This document shows positions 33,711-42,528 of a stretch of 64,000 nt of DNA, piece after piece; position 1 is the first letter of the stretch; each line of letters opens with the position of its first letter. The translations under genes and the position numbers were made by a program. Origin of the DNA: Candidatus Alloenteromonas pullistercoris. GTDB lineage: Bacteria; Bacillota_I; Bacilli_A; RFN20; CAG-826. The DNA lies in contig JADINA010000016.1 of NCBI GenBank assembly GCA_017694295.1, positions 10,552 through 74,551 on the forward strand, given 5' to 3'. The notes beneath the pieces are model-generated. The model was not told where the DNA came from. It saw nothing but the letters and a program-made list of their open reading frames with translations, and did no database searches.

Positions 33711-35981
33711 TTAGGCGCTGACGGCCTTTTTGTGGAGCTTGGGGTGGGTTGAGAGCAAGGTTTTCCTCGCCCCGGAGAAATCGACCTCGATGATCGAAGG
33801 GCCCTTTATCTTAGTCACGACCCCCTCCCCGAAGGCGTCATGGACGCATTTGTCGCCGACGCTCCAATGGGTGACCCCGTTGGTCTTCGGCTCTTCCCCC
33901 ATTTCCGGGGCTATGGTCTGCGCTTCTTTCTTATTCTCAAAAGGGCTAAGGGAATCCCCGTCCCCAAAATAGTCCTTTTGCCGGTATACCTTTTCAAACG
34001 ACGGCCGCCTTCTATAAGGCCCGAAGCTCTCATCGCGCGAATAGGGGGACTTGGGGAATTTGATCCCCGATTCCTCAAAAAACTGCGAGGGCCTTAAATT
34101 GCCGTCGCTTTGATAGCTATAGCCGGTGTTGCAGGTGAGGAAAAGCCGCCTTTTGGCCCGGGTCATGGCGACGTAGCAAAGCCGCCTCTCCTCCTCTTCG
34201 CCGTCTTCCCTTTCCCCCATTGAACGCCCATTGGGGAAAGTGCCGTCGTTAAGCCCAATGATGAAGACATCGTCGAATTCGAGCCCCTTGGCGACGTGGA
34301 CGGTCATAAGCGAGACGTAGTTGCCGTCGTTGATGTCGTCTTGGCTGGTGAGCAAGGTGACGTTTTGCAAATACTCGGCGAAGCTCGCGTCTTGATGCTC
34401 GGAGATGAAGCGGTCGATGTCCTCGAAAAGGGAGTTGACGTTTCCGGCCCGATCCTCGTCGATGTCCTGGTCCTTGGCGATGTATTCGAAATAGCCGATG
34501 TCGGTTAGGAAGGTCTTGAGTATCGAGGAATAGGTCTCGTCGGCGGCCTGCAGCTGCTTTTTGACCTCCTCCATCCTGCCAGTAAGGGCAATTAGCGAAT
34601 TGACGACGCGGCTAGGCAATTCGGTCTCAGGGTGGGAATCGATGGAGGCGGCGTATTCGTATTCGCTTAGCCCAAGGGGCTTGGCCTCGGAGGAAAGCCT
34701 CTCCAGCGACGTCTCCCCGATATTGCGGCGCGGGACGTTGGCGATCCGCTCAAAGGCCACGTCGTTTTTCGGGTTGACGAGGAGGTTGAAATAGGCCAAG
34801 ACGTCCTTGACTTCCTTCCGCTGGTAAAACCTAAGCCCGCCGTATATCCGATAAGGGATGCCCCTAGCCGCGAATTCGGTTTCGAATGGCCGGGTTAGGT
34901 AGGAGGAGCGGTAAAGCACGGCGATATGGGTGAAATCGGGGGCAACGGGGTTGGCATTAGTAGAGAGCGCCTCGATCTTCCCCGCCACCCAAGCGGCCTC
35001 CTCCTGGGCGTTGAAGAACTTCCTCGCCGTCACCGGATCGCCGCTAGGGGCGAGGGTGAAAAGGTCTTTCGGGACCCGCTTCTTATTGTGGGCGATGAGC
35101 TTATTGGCGACGTCTAGGATGTTTTTGGTCGAGCGGTAGTTCCGCGAGAGGAATACGTCCTCGGTGCCCGGGTGGCTAAGCGGGAAATTCAAAATGATGT
35201 TCTGGTCGGCTCCGCGCCAGGTGTAAATGGTCTGATCGGGATCGCCGACGACATAGACGCAGGTGTCGGGGCGGGAAAGAAGGGAGATGACCTTCTCCTG
35301 CGAATCGTTGGTGTCCTGGAATTCGTCGACTAGGATATGCTCGTAGCGTCTCGACCACCTTTCCCTTATCTCGGGGAAGCCGGAGAGGACCTCAATGGTC
35401 TTGACGATGAGGTCATCGAAATCAAGGCACACCATCGCGAATTTCCGCTCTTCGTATTCGCGGTATATGTCCAAGGCGATCTTGTCGGATTCGCGGTAGC
35501 AGTTTTTCACTTCCTCCGGCTTAACCCCGGCTGCCTTCTTAGCCCTGATGTAATGGATGGCTTCCTTGACGATGGAATCGCCCCTTTTGTAGCCCTTGGA
35601 TTCGGCGATGTCCTTGACGAGCTTCTCGCTTTCATCCTCATCGAGGATGGTGAAGGATGGAGGGAAGCCGAAGCAGCGGGATTCTAGGCGCAAAAAATAG
35701 GAGCAAAAGGAATGGAAGGTCCTAACCTGGAGCATCCCCGCCACCTCCGGGAGGAGATTGGCGACCCGCGTTTGCATTTCCTTGGCCGCCTTGTTGGTGA
35801 AGGTGACGGCCAAAATGCGGTGGGGGTCGATTTCCATGGCGTCGACCAAATAGGCGATGCGGTAGGTCAAAGCCCGGGTTTTGCCGCTGCCGGCACCGGC
35901 GATGACGCGGACGTTTTGGGCTTTGGTGGTGACCGCCTGAAGCTGGGCTTCGTTAAGCAAGGAAGAATAATCGATTCTCAT
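33711..35981 (-). CDS. pcrA: ATP-dependent DNA helicase PcrA/UvrD
   Basis: AGAGSGKTRALTYRIAYL, ILVDEFQDTN, VGDPDQTIYTWRGA, YRST, MTVHVAKGLEFDDVFI, ERRLCYVAMTRAKRRLFL. The start is taken at ATG 35981 (MRIDYSSLLNEAQ). Confidence 0.95.
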   Translation of the reverse strand: MRIDYSSLLNEAQLQAVTTKAQNVRVIAGAGSGKTRALTYRIAYLVDAMEIDPHRILAVTFTNKAAKEMQTRVANLLPEVAGMLQVRTFHSFCSYFLRLESRCFGFPPSFTILDEDESEKLVKDIAESKGYKRGDSIVKEAIHYIRAKKAAGVKPEEVKNCYRESDKIALDIYREYEERKFAMVCLDFDDLIVKTIEVLSGFPEIRERWSRRYEHILVDEFQDTNDSQEKVISLLSRPDTCVYVVGDPDQTIYTWRGADQNIILNFPLSHPGTEDVFLSRNYRSTKNILDVANKLIAHNKKRVPKDLFTLAPSGDPVTARKFFNAQEEAAWVAGKIEALSTNANPVAPDFTHIAVLYRSSYLTRPFETEFAARGIPYRIYGGLRFYQRKEVKDVLAYFNLLVNPKNDVAFERIANVPRRNIGETSLERLSSEAKPLGLSEYEYAASIDSHPETELPSRVVNSLIALTGRMEEVKKQLQAADETYSSILKTFLTDIGYFEYIAKDQDIDEDRAGNVNSLFEDIDRFISEHQDASFAEYLQNVTLLTSQDDINDGNYVSLMTVHVAKGLEFDDVFIIGLNDGTFPNGRSMGEREDGEEEERRLCYVAMTRAKRRLFLTCNTGYSYQSDGNLRPSQFFEESGIKFPKSPYSRDESFGPYRRRPSFEKVYRQKDYFGDGDSLSPFENKKEAQTIAPEMGEEPKTNGVTHWSVGDKCVHDAFGEGVVTKIKGPSIIEVDFSGARKTLLSTHPKLHKKAVSA

Positions 35982-36127
35982 ATATGGCGGCCTCCGGATA
36001 GCCCCCATATTGTAGCGACCCTTCGCCTTAGGCGAAATAAGCAAAAAGTGGTTTTGCCCAAAACGCCCGATGGCGCTTAAGGAAAAAAGCGTTTTGCCCG
36101 AAGCAAGGCCAGTCGGCCCCGCCTTTG

Positions 36128-37072
36128 ATGTATGATTGGCCCGTGAGAATATTCAAGAAAAGGGAAACGCCATCGCAAAACATCGCCTACTGCGGGTTGC
36201 TGCTAGCCTTGCTTTGCCTTCTTAGCCTTCTTCTTTCCTTCCTCCCCCTGCTTGGGCTATTCCTCATTTTGCTTCTTCCCTTCCTCACCTCCTCCATCGC
36301 CTTGCTTTGCAAGAAGCGCTACGCCATCGCCTTTACTATCGCCGCGACCATCCTTTGCCCCCTAATCGGGATCGCCGATTGGCCAAGCGTCGTCTTCTAT
36401 CTGCTTCCCGCCTGCTATGCCGGGATCGTCTATGGATATGGGCTCCGCCTCAACCTCGGGGATAGCCTCACCATCTTCCTGACTTCCCTATTTGAGGCCT
36501 TGCTTTTGCTTCTAGGGGTCTTGGTGGCCCGCTTTGCCCTAAACATCGATTTGATCGCGAGCCTCGGGGCCTTAGTTGGGCTAGAAAGGGAAAAGGCGAT
36601 GCTCATCTTCCCCCTTTTCTCCTTTTCCTATTCTCTTGGCCAAAGTGCTTTGTCCCATTTCTTCGCCATCGCCAATTCGGCGAAACTGGGCCTAGATAAC
36701 CTCGATTCGGGAAGGCTTTCCTTCCTTGACCCGATCATCGCCCTATCCTTTATCGCCATAAGCCTCCCCTTGGCCTATTTCTCCTATATGGGGATGGCCA
36801 ACCTCTTCTTCGGCTTCGCCCTATATTTCGCCTTCTATTCGGCAAGGGGGCTTTGGGGAAGGAAATGGGCCGCCTGGATCGGGACTAGCCTCGTCTTGGC
36901 CCTATTCCTCCTTTTCGCCTACCTCGCCTCCTTCTTCCCCTCCTCCGCCCTCCACATCGTCTATTTAAGCGCCCCGATAATCGGGATCTCCGGGGTTGAC
37001 CTGGCCTATTGGATATTGGGCTTACTAAAAAGAAAAGCAAAGGCGGCAAAGCCCGGGGATGACCCCCAATAG
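36128..37072 (+). CDS. Polytopic membrane protein of unknown function, possibly DUF2232/YybS-like
   Basis: About 8 predicted TM helices. The N-terminal helix pattern loosely recalls B. subtilis YybS, from memory only. The track start at 36125 is TTG, and the ATG is at 36128. Confidence 0.5.
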   Translation: MYDWPVRIFKKRETPSQNIAYCGLLLALLCLLSLLLSFLPLLGLFLILLLPFLTSSIALLCKKRYAIAFTIAATILCPLIGIADWPSVVFYLLPACYAGIVYGYGLRLNLGDSLTIFLTSLFEALLLLLGVLVARFALNIDLIASLGALVGLEREKAMLIFPLFSFSYSLGQSALSHFFAIANSAKLGLDNLDSGRLSFLDPIIALSFIAISLPLAYFSYMGMANLFFGFALYFAFYSARGLWGRKWAAWIGTSLVLALFLLFAYLASFFPSSALHIVYLSAPIIGISGVDLAYWILGLLKRKAKAAKPGDDPQ

Positions 37073-37111
37073 GGTTGAGGGAAAGGAAGAAAAAACTTAT
37101 TATAGACGGGC

Positions 37112-37609
37112 ATGAAACTACTGCGGGAATTCGGACTTGGGATCATCTGGGCCTTCTTGGCCCCCTTTATTCTCGTCTCCTGCGCTTTAATCGCGATTTA
37201 CGGGGTTTTCAATTTCTTCGTAGAGCTCATTATCCTCCTCATCAACTTCTTCAAGGGCGAAAAGCTCTTCCCTTTGTTCCCCGAGGAGAAGAAGGCGATG
37301 GAGGTTTACCAAAAAGCCATTGAGAAGGCCAATGGAACGGAAGAGAAAAAAGAGCCGGCCCCCCAGCAGATCTACGTCCAGCAAAACTTCTATTCAAGCG
37401 GCCCCGCCCCCCTTCCTGGGCAATTTCCCAACCAAATAAGCGGGGAGCTCCCCCAGAGCGGGCAAAACCCGATTTACGTTCAGCTTGGGAACTATACGCC
37501 CCAAAATGGGCAAAAGGAGGAAGTTAAGCCCATCATGCTCGAAAGCTTCCCAAGCGATAAGCAAGTAATCGAGGCCGAGGAAACAAAGGAGGGCAAAGAT
37601 GGAAACTAG
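37112..37609 (+). CDS. Membrane protein with 2 N-terminal TM helices and a Gln/Pro-rich low-complexity tail
   Basis: TM segments GLGIIWAFLAPFILVSCALIAIYGVF / VELIILLINFF. Tail PAPQQIYVQQNFYSSGPAPLPGQFPNQISGELPQSGQNPIYVQ. Confidence 0.55.
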   Translation: MKLLREFGLGIIWAFLAPFILVSCALIAIYGVFNFFVELIILLINFFKGEKLFPLFPEEKKAMEVYQKAIEKANGTEEKKEPAPQQIYVQQNFYSSGPAPLPGQFPNQISGELPQSGQNPIYVQLGNYTPQNGQKEEVKPIMLESFPSDKQVIEAEETKEGKDGN

Positions 37610-38276
37610 ATTGTTGCTCACCCTTCTTTCAGAAACCGACAAGAGGGCTTTGGCGATCGCCATCGTCATCGCCATCGTCTTGTTTTTGCTCCTTGGCCTA
37701 ATCGGCATCGCCGTGCGCCGCACCATGATGTATCAGGCCAAGCGGGCCGATTCGATGATGTATGACGTGGCCAGGACCCACGCGGTCAACTCAACCGCCG
37801 AGTTTAGGCGATTAGCGAGGAAGAAAAACGCCCGCGGCTATTTCAAAGACAGCCTCCCGCCCTTCCTTATCGCCATAACCGGCTTGCTCGTCTACCTCAT
37901 CGCCAACCTCGCTACGGGTAGATGGGGCCATAACATGTTCATCTCCTTCGCCGAGCTTTTCCCCGCCTACGACTGGAAGGCCGAGGGGGTTTGGGCGAAT
38001 GTGTTTGGCTTATCGATTTTGGCCAGCTGGCCGCCTTTATCCAGGCAGGCGAGCTTCGTCCTCGGCCATTTGGGCGATTACATCGAAGCGATCCTTTTCA
38101 TGGCCTCGATGGCTTATTTCCTTTATTGCTCGCAAGCCTTCCTCTCGCGGGCCGTCATGCTCCACTTCCGCTCGGTCAAGGTATACGAAAAAAGCCTCGA
38201 GGGGTATAACGCCAACGAGGACTTGCTCGGCAATTTGAAGATCGACTCCGATAAGCCGGTCCCGCCTAGCGATTGA
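37599..38276 (+). CDS. Membrane protein of unknown function (about 4 TM)
   Basis: An 11-nt overlap with the upstream gene. Hydrophobic segments ALAIAIVIAIVLFLLLGLIGIAV, PPFLIAITGLLVYLIANL and others. No family recognised. Confidence 0.55.
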   Translation: METRLLLTLLSETDKRALAIAIVIAIVLFLLLGLIGIAVRRTMMYQAKRADSMMYDVARTHAVNSTAEFRRLARKKNARGYFKDSLPPFLIAITGLLVYLIANLATGRWGHNMFISFAELFPAYDWKAEGVWANVFGLSILASWPPLSRQASFVLGHLGDYIEAILFMASMAYFLYCSQAFLSRAVMLHFRSVKVYEKSLEGYNANEDLLGNLKIDSDKPVPPSD

Positions 38277-38406
38277 CGTAAGCGGAATCGGATAGCCTCC
38301 CGATCGGGCAAACCCCGCCGCCTCCGCAGCCGTGGTTTCCGGAAGAGGAGGAGCAGCTAGATAGAAGAAGCAAGGCGAGCCCTATTAGAAGATAAAGTTT
38401 TTTCAT
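38266..38406 (-). CDS. 46-aa Cys-rich mini-lipoprotein
   Basis: MKKLYLLIGLALLLLSSC lipobox. The mature 29 aa are CSSSSGNHGCGGGGVCPIGRLSDSAYVNR. The ATG sits 1 nt after the TGA of the upstream gene, which suggests coupling. I trimmed it from track ORF 38266..38463. Confidence 0.5.
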   Translation of the reverse strand: MKKLYLLIGLALLLLSSCSSSSGNHGCGGGGVCPIGRLSDSAYVNR

Positions 38407-38407
38407 A

Positions 38408-38863
38408 TCAGTCCAACCAGTTCTTGGCCAGCATCCAGCCCAAGAAGTAAACAAAGCATACAACCCCTTCGACGAAATAGAACATATTGAGATTCAAGAG
38501 GACACCGCTATTAAGAAGCGACCTGATCTCAAGCATGAAGGTCACGACCCCCAAAATGGCCGAGAGGATGGCGGTTAACGAGGCGATGCCGATGAAGGGG
38601 CCGCGGTCGCGGGCATAGGAGATGCCCCCGATCCCGGCGAAGACGAGATAAAAGGATATAAAGGGAAGCAAGACGGTCCAAATGGCCGAATAGGGGTCTT
38701 GCCAATCCCCGCTTATGCCAAGGCAGCGGCAGACGAAGTCGGCGCAGTTGAGGATGGTGAAGGCGAAAAAGAGGATCGAGCAGACAAGCAAAATTATCCG
38801 CCCGAGCCTAATGCTCGCCGGGACGATGTTTTTGGCTTGCTTAACCTGGGTTGGGGTCCCCAT
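38408..38863 (-). CDS. 151-aa four-TM membrane protein of unknown function
   Basis: Start taken at MGTPTQVKQAKN (ATG 38863), which overlaps the TGA of the upstream 55-codon sORF as TGATG. The four hydrophobic helices are clear. Confidence 0.55.
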   Translation of the reverse strand: MGTPTQVKQAKNIVPASIRLGRIILLVCSILFFAFTILNCADFVCRCLGISGDWQDPYSAIWTVLLPFISFYLVFAGIGGISYARDRGPFIGIASLTAILSAILGVVTFMLEIRSLLNSGVLLNLNMFYFVEGVVCFVYFLGWMLAKNWLD

Positions 38864-39030
38864 CAAACGCCCCCAAGGCCGAGGTCGACCAATTCCCAAA
38901 TAAGGAAGGCCAAGGCGATGAAACAGCAGGCGACGATCACCCAAAAAACCCGCTTCCGGGCCAAAAGCTTCTCCGGCTTAGGGTCCTCGGCCGAGTTGTC
39001 GATGGTTTGGATTTCGTCTTCTTCTTCCAT
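38863..39030 (-). CDS. Unlisted 55-aa single-TM protein with an acidic N-terminus
   Basis: Hand translation gives MEEEDEIQTIDNSAEDPKPEKLLARKRVFWVIVACCFIALAFLIWELVDLGLGGV*. SD ggagaagg lies 4 nt upstream, 12 nt after the asnS stop. It is below the 60-aa track cutoff. Confidence 0.45.
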   Translation of the reverse strand: MEEEDEIQTIDNSAEDPKPEKLLARKRVFWVIVACCFIALAFLIWELVDLGLGGV

Positions 39031-39042
39031 TGCCTTCTCCAC

Positions 39043-40431
39043 TTAGAATTTTATATTGCTTGAGGTCCGAGGGAAAGGCTCGGTGTCACGGATGTTGGTG
39101 ACGCCGGTCAAATACATAAGGAGCCTATCGAATCCGATGCCGAAGCCCGAATGGATGCACCCGCCGTAACGGCGCGTGTCCAAATACCATTCCAGCCCCT
39201 TCTGGTTTCCGGCCTCCTCCATCTTCTTAAGCAGGCGGTCATAACGCTCCTCGCGCTGCGACCCGCCGATGATCTCCCCTTCCCCGGGAACGAGCATATC
39301 GCAGGCGGCGACGGTCTTGCCATCGTCGTTTTCCCGCATGTAGAAGGCCTTTATGTCCTTGGGGTAATCGGTGAGGAAAACCGGCCCGTTGACGACGGTC
39401 TCGGTGATGTAGCGTTCGTGCTCCGATTGCAGATCGAAGCCCCAATAGATGTTGTTTTCCTCAAACTTATGCCCGTTTTGCACGGCTTTTTGCAAAATCT
39501 CGATGGCTTCTGTATAGGTCATCCGCCTAAAGGAGGAATGGAGGACGGCCAATAGCCTTTCCTTTAGCCCGGGGCAAACCATCTTATCGAAGAACTCCAT
39601 CTCGTCAGGGCAATTGGTGAGGACGTAATCGATGCAGAACTTGATGGTTTCCTCCATTAAGTCCATGTCGTCGTCTAAGTCGGCGAAGCAAATCTCCGGC
39701 TCGATCATCCAAAACTCGGAGGCGTGGCGCGGGGTGTTGCTCTTCTCCGCCCGGAAAGTCGGGCCGAAGGTATAGACGTCGCGAAAGGCGAGGGCGAAGG
39801 CCTCGACGTGGAGCTGGCCGGAAACGGTCAGATGGGTCGGCTTGCCGTAGAAATCGGTGACCGAGAGCTTGCCGGAGTCATCGTTGGTTGCGATTGTGAA
39901 GGTTTGCCCCGCCCCTTCGGCGTCATTGCCGGTTATCTCCGGGGTATGGACGTAGACGAAGCCCTTGCTTTGGAAGAACTCATGGATCCCCAAGGCCAAG
40001 CGCGAACGGACCCGGTAAAGGGCCAAAAAGGTGTTGGCCCGAGGGCGAAGATGAGCGATTTCCCGAAGGTATTCGAAAGAATGCCTTTTCTTTTGCAGCG
40101 GGTAGTCGCTTTGGCAATCCCCAAGCAGCTCGAAGCTTTCGGCGTGCAGCTCAAAAGGCTGCTTCATGTTCGGGGTGGCGACGATTTTTCCGCCAACCCG
40201 GATGCAGGCCCCGGTCAAAACGGATTTGATCCGCTCATGGCATTCCAAACCATCCGAGTAGACGATTTGGAGGCATTTGAAGCAGGTGCCGTCGTTAAGC
40301 GAGATGAAGCCAATCGACCCGGAGTCGCGGTTGGTCCTCACCCAGCCCTGGACAAAGGCTTCCTCGGGCAGTTTCCCGTTTTGGGCGAACGTTTCGTATA
40401 GCGATTTTACGGACAGTGCTTTCGGCTGCAT
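39043..40431 (-). CDS. asnS: Asparaginyl-tRNA synthetase
   Basis: Class IIb aaRS. The motif FRAEKSNTPRHASEFWMIEPE is diagnostic of AsnRS rather than AspRS. C-terminal GGCIHSGFGIGFDRLLMY. Confidence 0.9.
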   Translation of the reverse strand: MQPKALSVKSLYETFAQNGKLPEEAFVQGWVRTNRDSGSIGFISLNDGTCFKCLQIVYSDGLECHERIKSVLTGACIRVGGKIVATPNMKQPFELHAESFELLGDCQSDYPLQKKRHSFEYLREIAHLRPRANTFLALYRVRSRLALGIHEFFQSKGFVYVHTPEITGNDAEGAGQTFTIATNDDSGKLSVTDFYGKPTHLTVSGQLHVEAFALAFRDVYTFGPTFRAEKSNTPRHASEFWMIEPEICFADLDDDMDLMEETIKFCIDYVLTNCPDEMEFFDKMVCPGLKERLLAVLHSSFRRMTYTEAIEILQKAVQNGHKFEENNIYWGFDLQSEHERYITETVVNGPVFLTDYPKDIKAFYMRENDDGKTVAACDMLVPGEGEIIGGSQREERYDRLLKKMEEAGNQKGLEWYLDTRRYGGCIHSGFGIGFDRLLMYLTGVTNIRDTEPFPRTSSNIKF

Positions 40432-40466
40432 AGATAACCTCCTAGCGAATTATTGTGAATAAGCGG

Positions 40467-41480
40467 TCAAAACTCAAGATAATGGTCGATTTTCCAGTTT
40501 GGATCGACCCCGAGGGTCAAGGGGGCGAACACTTTCTTTTCGTAAAGGTGCTCGGCCACTTTGGCGATCATGGCGGCGTTATCGGTCGTGCACCATAATG
40601 GCGGGATGAGCAATTCGATTGGGGAGCCTTCGAAGATTTCCTTCATCCTCTCCCGGAGATAGGAATTGGCCGAGACCCCGCCGGCCAAGACGACTTGTTT
40701 CACCCCAAAGGCAAAAGCCGCCTTCGAGGCCTTCTCCACCACCATCCCGATGGCGACGTCTTGGAAGGAACGGGCCATGTCGGGGACGCTGACGGGCTCG
40801 CCTTTCATCTTCAGCGAGTTGACGAGGTTTATGACCGCCGTCTTCAGCCCGGAATAGGAGAAATCGTATTCCCCGTCGGGAGAGGCCGGGGTTGGGAGGT
40901 CATAGGCGTGCTTCCCTTCCTTGGCCGCCTTATCGATTGGAAGGCCGCCGGGATAAGGCAAGCCAAGCACCCGGGCGACTTTGTCATAGCATTCCCCGAC
41001 CGCGTCGTCTTTGGTTTCCCCCACTATCCTAAACTGCATCGGCCTCTCCATGAGGACGAGCTCGGTGTTGCCGCCGCTTACGACGACGCAAAGAAGGGGG
41101 AACTTAAGCTCGCCGACGTATTCGTTGGCATATATGTGCCCGGCGAGGTGGTGGACAGGGATGAGGGGTTTATCGTAGAGCAAGGCAAGCGTTTTGGCGG
41201 CTTGCAGCCCGACATGGAGGCAGCCAATCAAGCCCGGGCCCCTAGTGACGGCGAAGGCATCGATGTCGGAAAAGGAAAGGTTGGCCTTCTCCAAAGCCTC
41301 CTTCAGGCAAAAGGGGATGTTCTCGCAATGCAGCCTCGAGGCCACTTCGGGCATGACACCCCCATATTTCTCGTGGACCGAGATCTGGGTGGCGACGACG
41401 TTGGACAAAAGCTTCCCGTCCTCGGTTATGGCGACGGCGGTTTCGTCGCAGCTTGATTCGATGGCCAATATCCTAGTCAT
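40467..41480 (-). CDS. tsaD: tRNA N6-adenosine threonylcarbamoyltransferase
   Basis: ILAIESSCDETAVAI, HHLAGHIYAN, and GGVSANSYLR typical of TsaD/Kae1. Confidence 0.95.
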   Translation of the reverse strand: MTRILAIESSCDETAVAITEDGKLLSNVVATQISVHEKYGGVMPEVASRLHCENIPFCLKEALEKANLSFSDIDAFAVTRGPGLIGCLHVGLQAAKTLALLYDKPLIPVHHLAGHIYANEYVGELKFPLLCVVVSGGNTELVLMERPMQFRIVGETKDDAVGECYDKVARVLGLPYPGGLPIDKAAKEGKHAYDLPTPASPDGEYDFSYSGLKTAVINLVNSLKMKGEPVSVPDMARSFQDVAIGMVVEKASKAAFAFGVKQVVLAGGVSANSYLRERMKEIFEGSPIELLIPPLWCTTDNAAMIAKVAEHLYEKKVFAPLTLGVDPNWKIDHYLEF

Positions 41481-42528
41481 TGACGATGCACCTCACCATG
41501 TAAACGGCGTCCTCCCCATCGTCGTAATAGCCTTTCTTGACGACGATGTCCTCGAAGCCCCTTTTCGAGTAGAAGCGAAGGGCGTTGACGTTGCTTTTCC
41601 TCACCTCGAGGGTGATGTTGTCGACTTCGTCTATTTGGGATTTGCATTCCTTCACCATCGCCTTCAGTAGCGAATCCCCGATCCCTTTGCCCCGGAAATC
41701 GGGGCGAACGGCTATTTGGGCGATCGAAGCGGAATCAAAAGTTACGAAGAAGATGATGAAGCCGATGACCTCGGCGTCGACGATGGCCGAGAAGAAATGG
41801 GCGACCGGGTTCTCATTGAGCTCATAAAGCAATTGCTCCCGGGTGTAGGGATGCTTGAAGGAATCGTTTTCGATGGAGAGGATCGAATCGATGTCGCTTG
41901 GTATCGCCTTCCTTATGACGAGCTTTTTCTTTCCGGCCTGGTATTCGTCTTTCAAATAAACCGGGCGCTCGCCAAGGGGGTTATCGGAAAGATGGCTTTC
42001 GTCGACAAAGGAAAGCAAATTGGCCGCCACGTCGGCTTTATAGCCCTCGATCCCCAAATAGGAAAGGTCGCCGCAGCAAAGGTAATCGGGATGCTCCTTG
42101 ATTAGGGCAAGCACCTCTTGGTTGGAAAGAACCTGATCTTGCAGCAGGCATTTCCCGTCTTCGTAAACCCCGGCGTAGCTTCTTTTCCCCCTAGCATTGC
42201 TTAGGCAAAGGCTCTTTTGCCCTCTTTTGCATAAGGCTTGCAATGAGGAGCAGACATAAAGGGGGATGTTTAAGGCCAAGGCAATGGTCTTGGCGATGGT
42301 CAAGGCGATGCGGACGCCGGTATATGAGCCCGGGCCTTTGGAGGCGATGACGGCGTCAAGGTCGCGCCGAGAGCTTAAATGGCGGTCAAGCAACGAGGCG
42401 ATCTCGCTAGATAAAAGCTCGCTTTGCCTTTGCCAGCATTCCTCCTGCTTCGTCTCGACTATGCGCCCATCGAGGCTTAAGCCGATGGCATAGCCTTTGT
42501 CGCTTGAATCAAGAGAGAGGATGTTCAT
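41473..42528 (-). CDS. tsaB: Fusion protein: TsaB (YeaZ) N-domain plus RimI-type GNAT acetyltransferase C-domain
   Basis: N-terminal half ILSLDSSDKGYAIGL...GPGSYTGVRIALTIAKTIA (TsaB). C-terminal half IRKAIPSDIDSILSIENDSF...IAVRPDFRGKGIGDSLL...ALRFYSKRGFE (GNAT/RimI). It is a single uninterrupted 351-codon ORF. Confidence 0.85.
   Translation of the reverse strand: MNILSLDSSDKGYAIGLSLDGRIVETKQEECWQRQSELLSSEIASLLDRHLSSRRDLDAVIASKGPGSYTGVRIALTIAKTIALALNIPLYVCSSLQALCKRGQKSLCLSNARGKRSYAGVYEDGKCLLQDQVLSNQEVLALIKEHPDYLCCGDLSYLGIEGYKADVAANLLSFVDESHLSDNPLGERPVYLKDEYQAGKKKLVIRKAIPSDIDSILSIENDSFKHPYTREQLLYELNENPVAHFFSAIVDAEVIGFIIFFVTFDSASIAQIAVRPDFRGKGIGDSLLKAMVKECKSQIDEVDNITLEVRKSNVNALRFYSKRGFEDIVVKKGYYDDGEDAVYMVRCIVND

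Noticed and set aside
38274-38276. Mollicutes-style genetic code 4 (UGA=Trp), considered because of the lipoprotein-rich, Mollicutes-like flavour
   Set aside because: Several genes terminate at TGA exactly where family-length proteins should end and where the next gene starts (for example 38274-76, 38408-10, 42963-65). All long ORFs are intact under the standard code, with Trp encoded by TGG.
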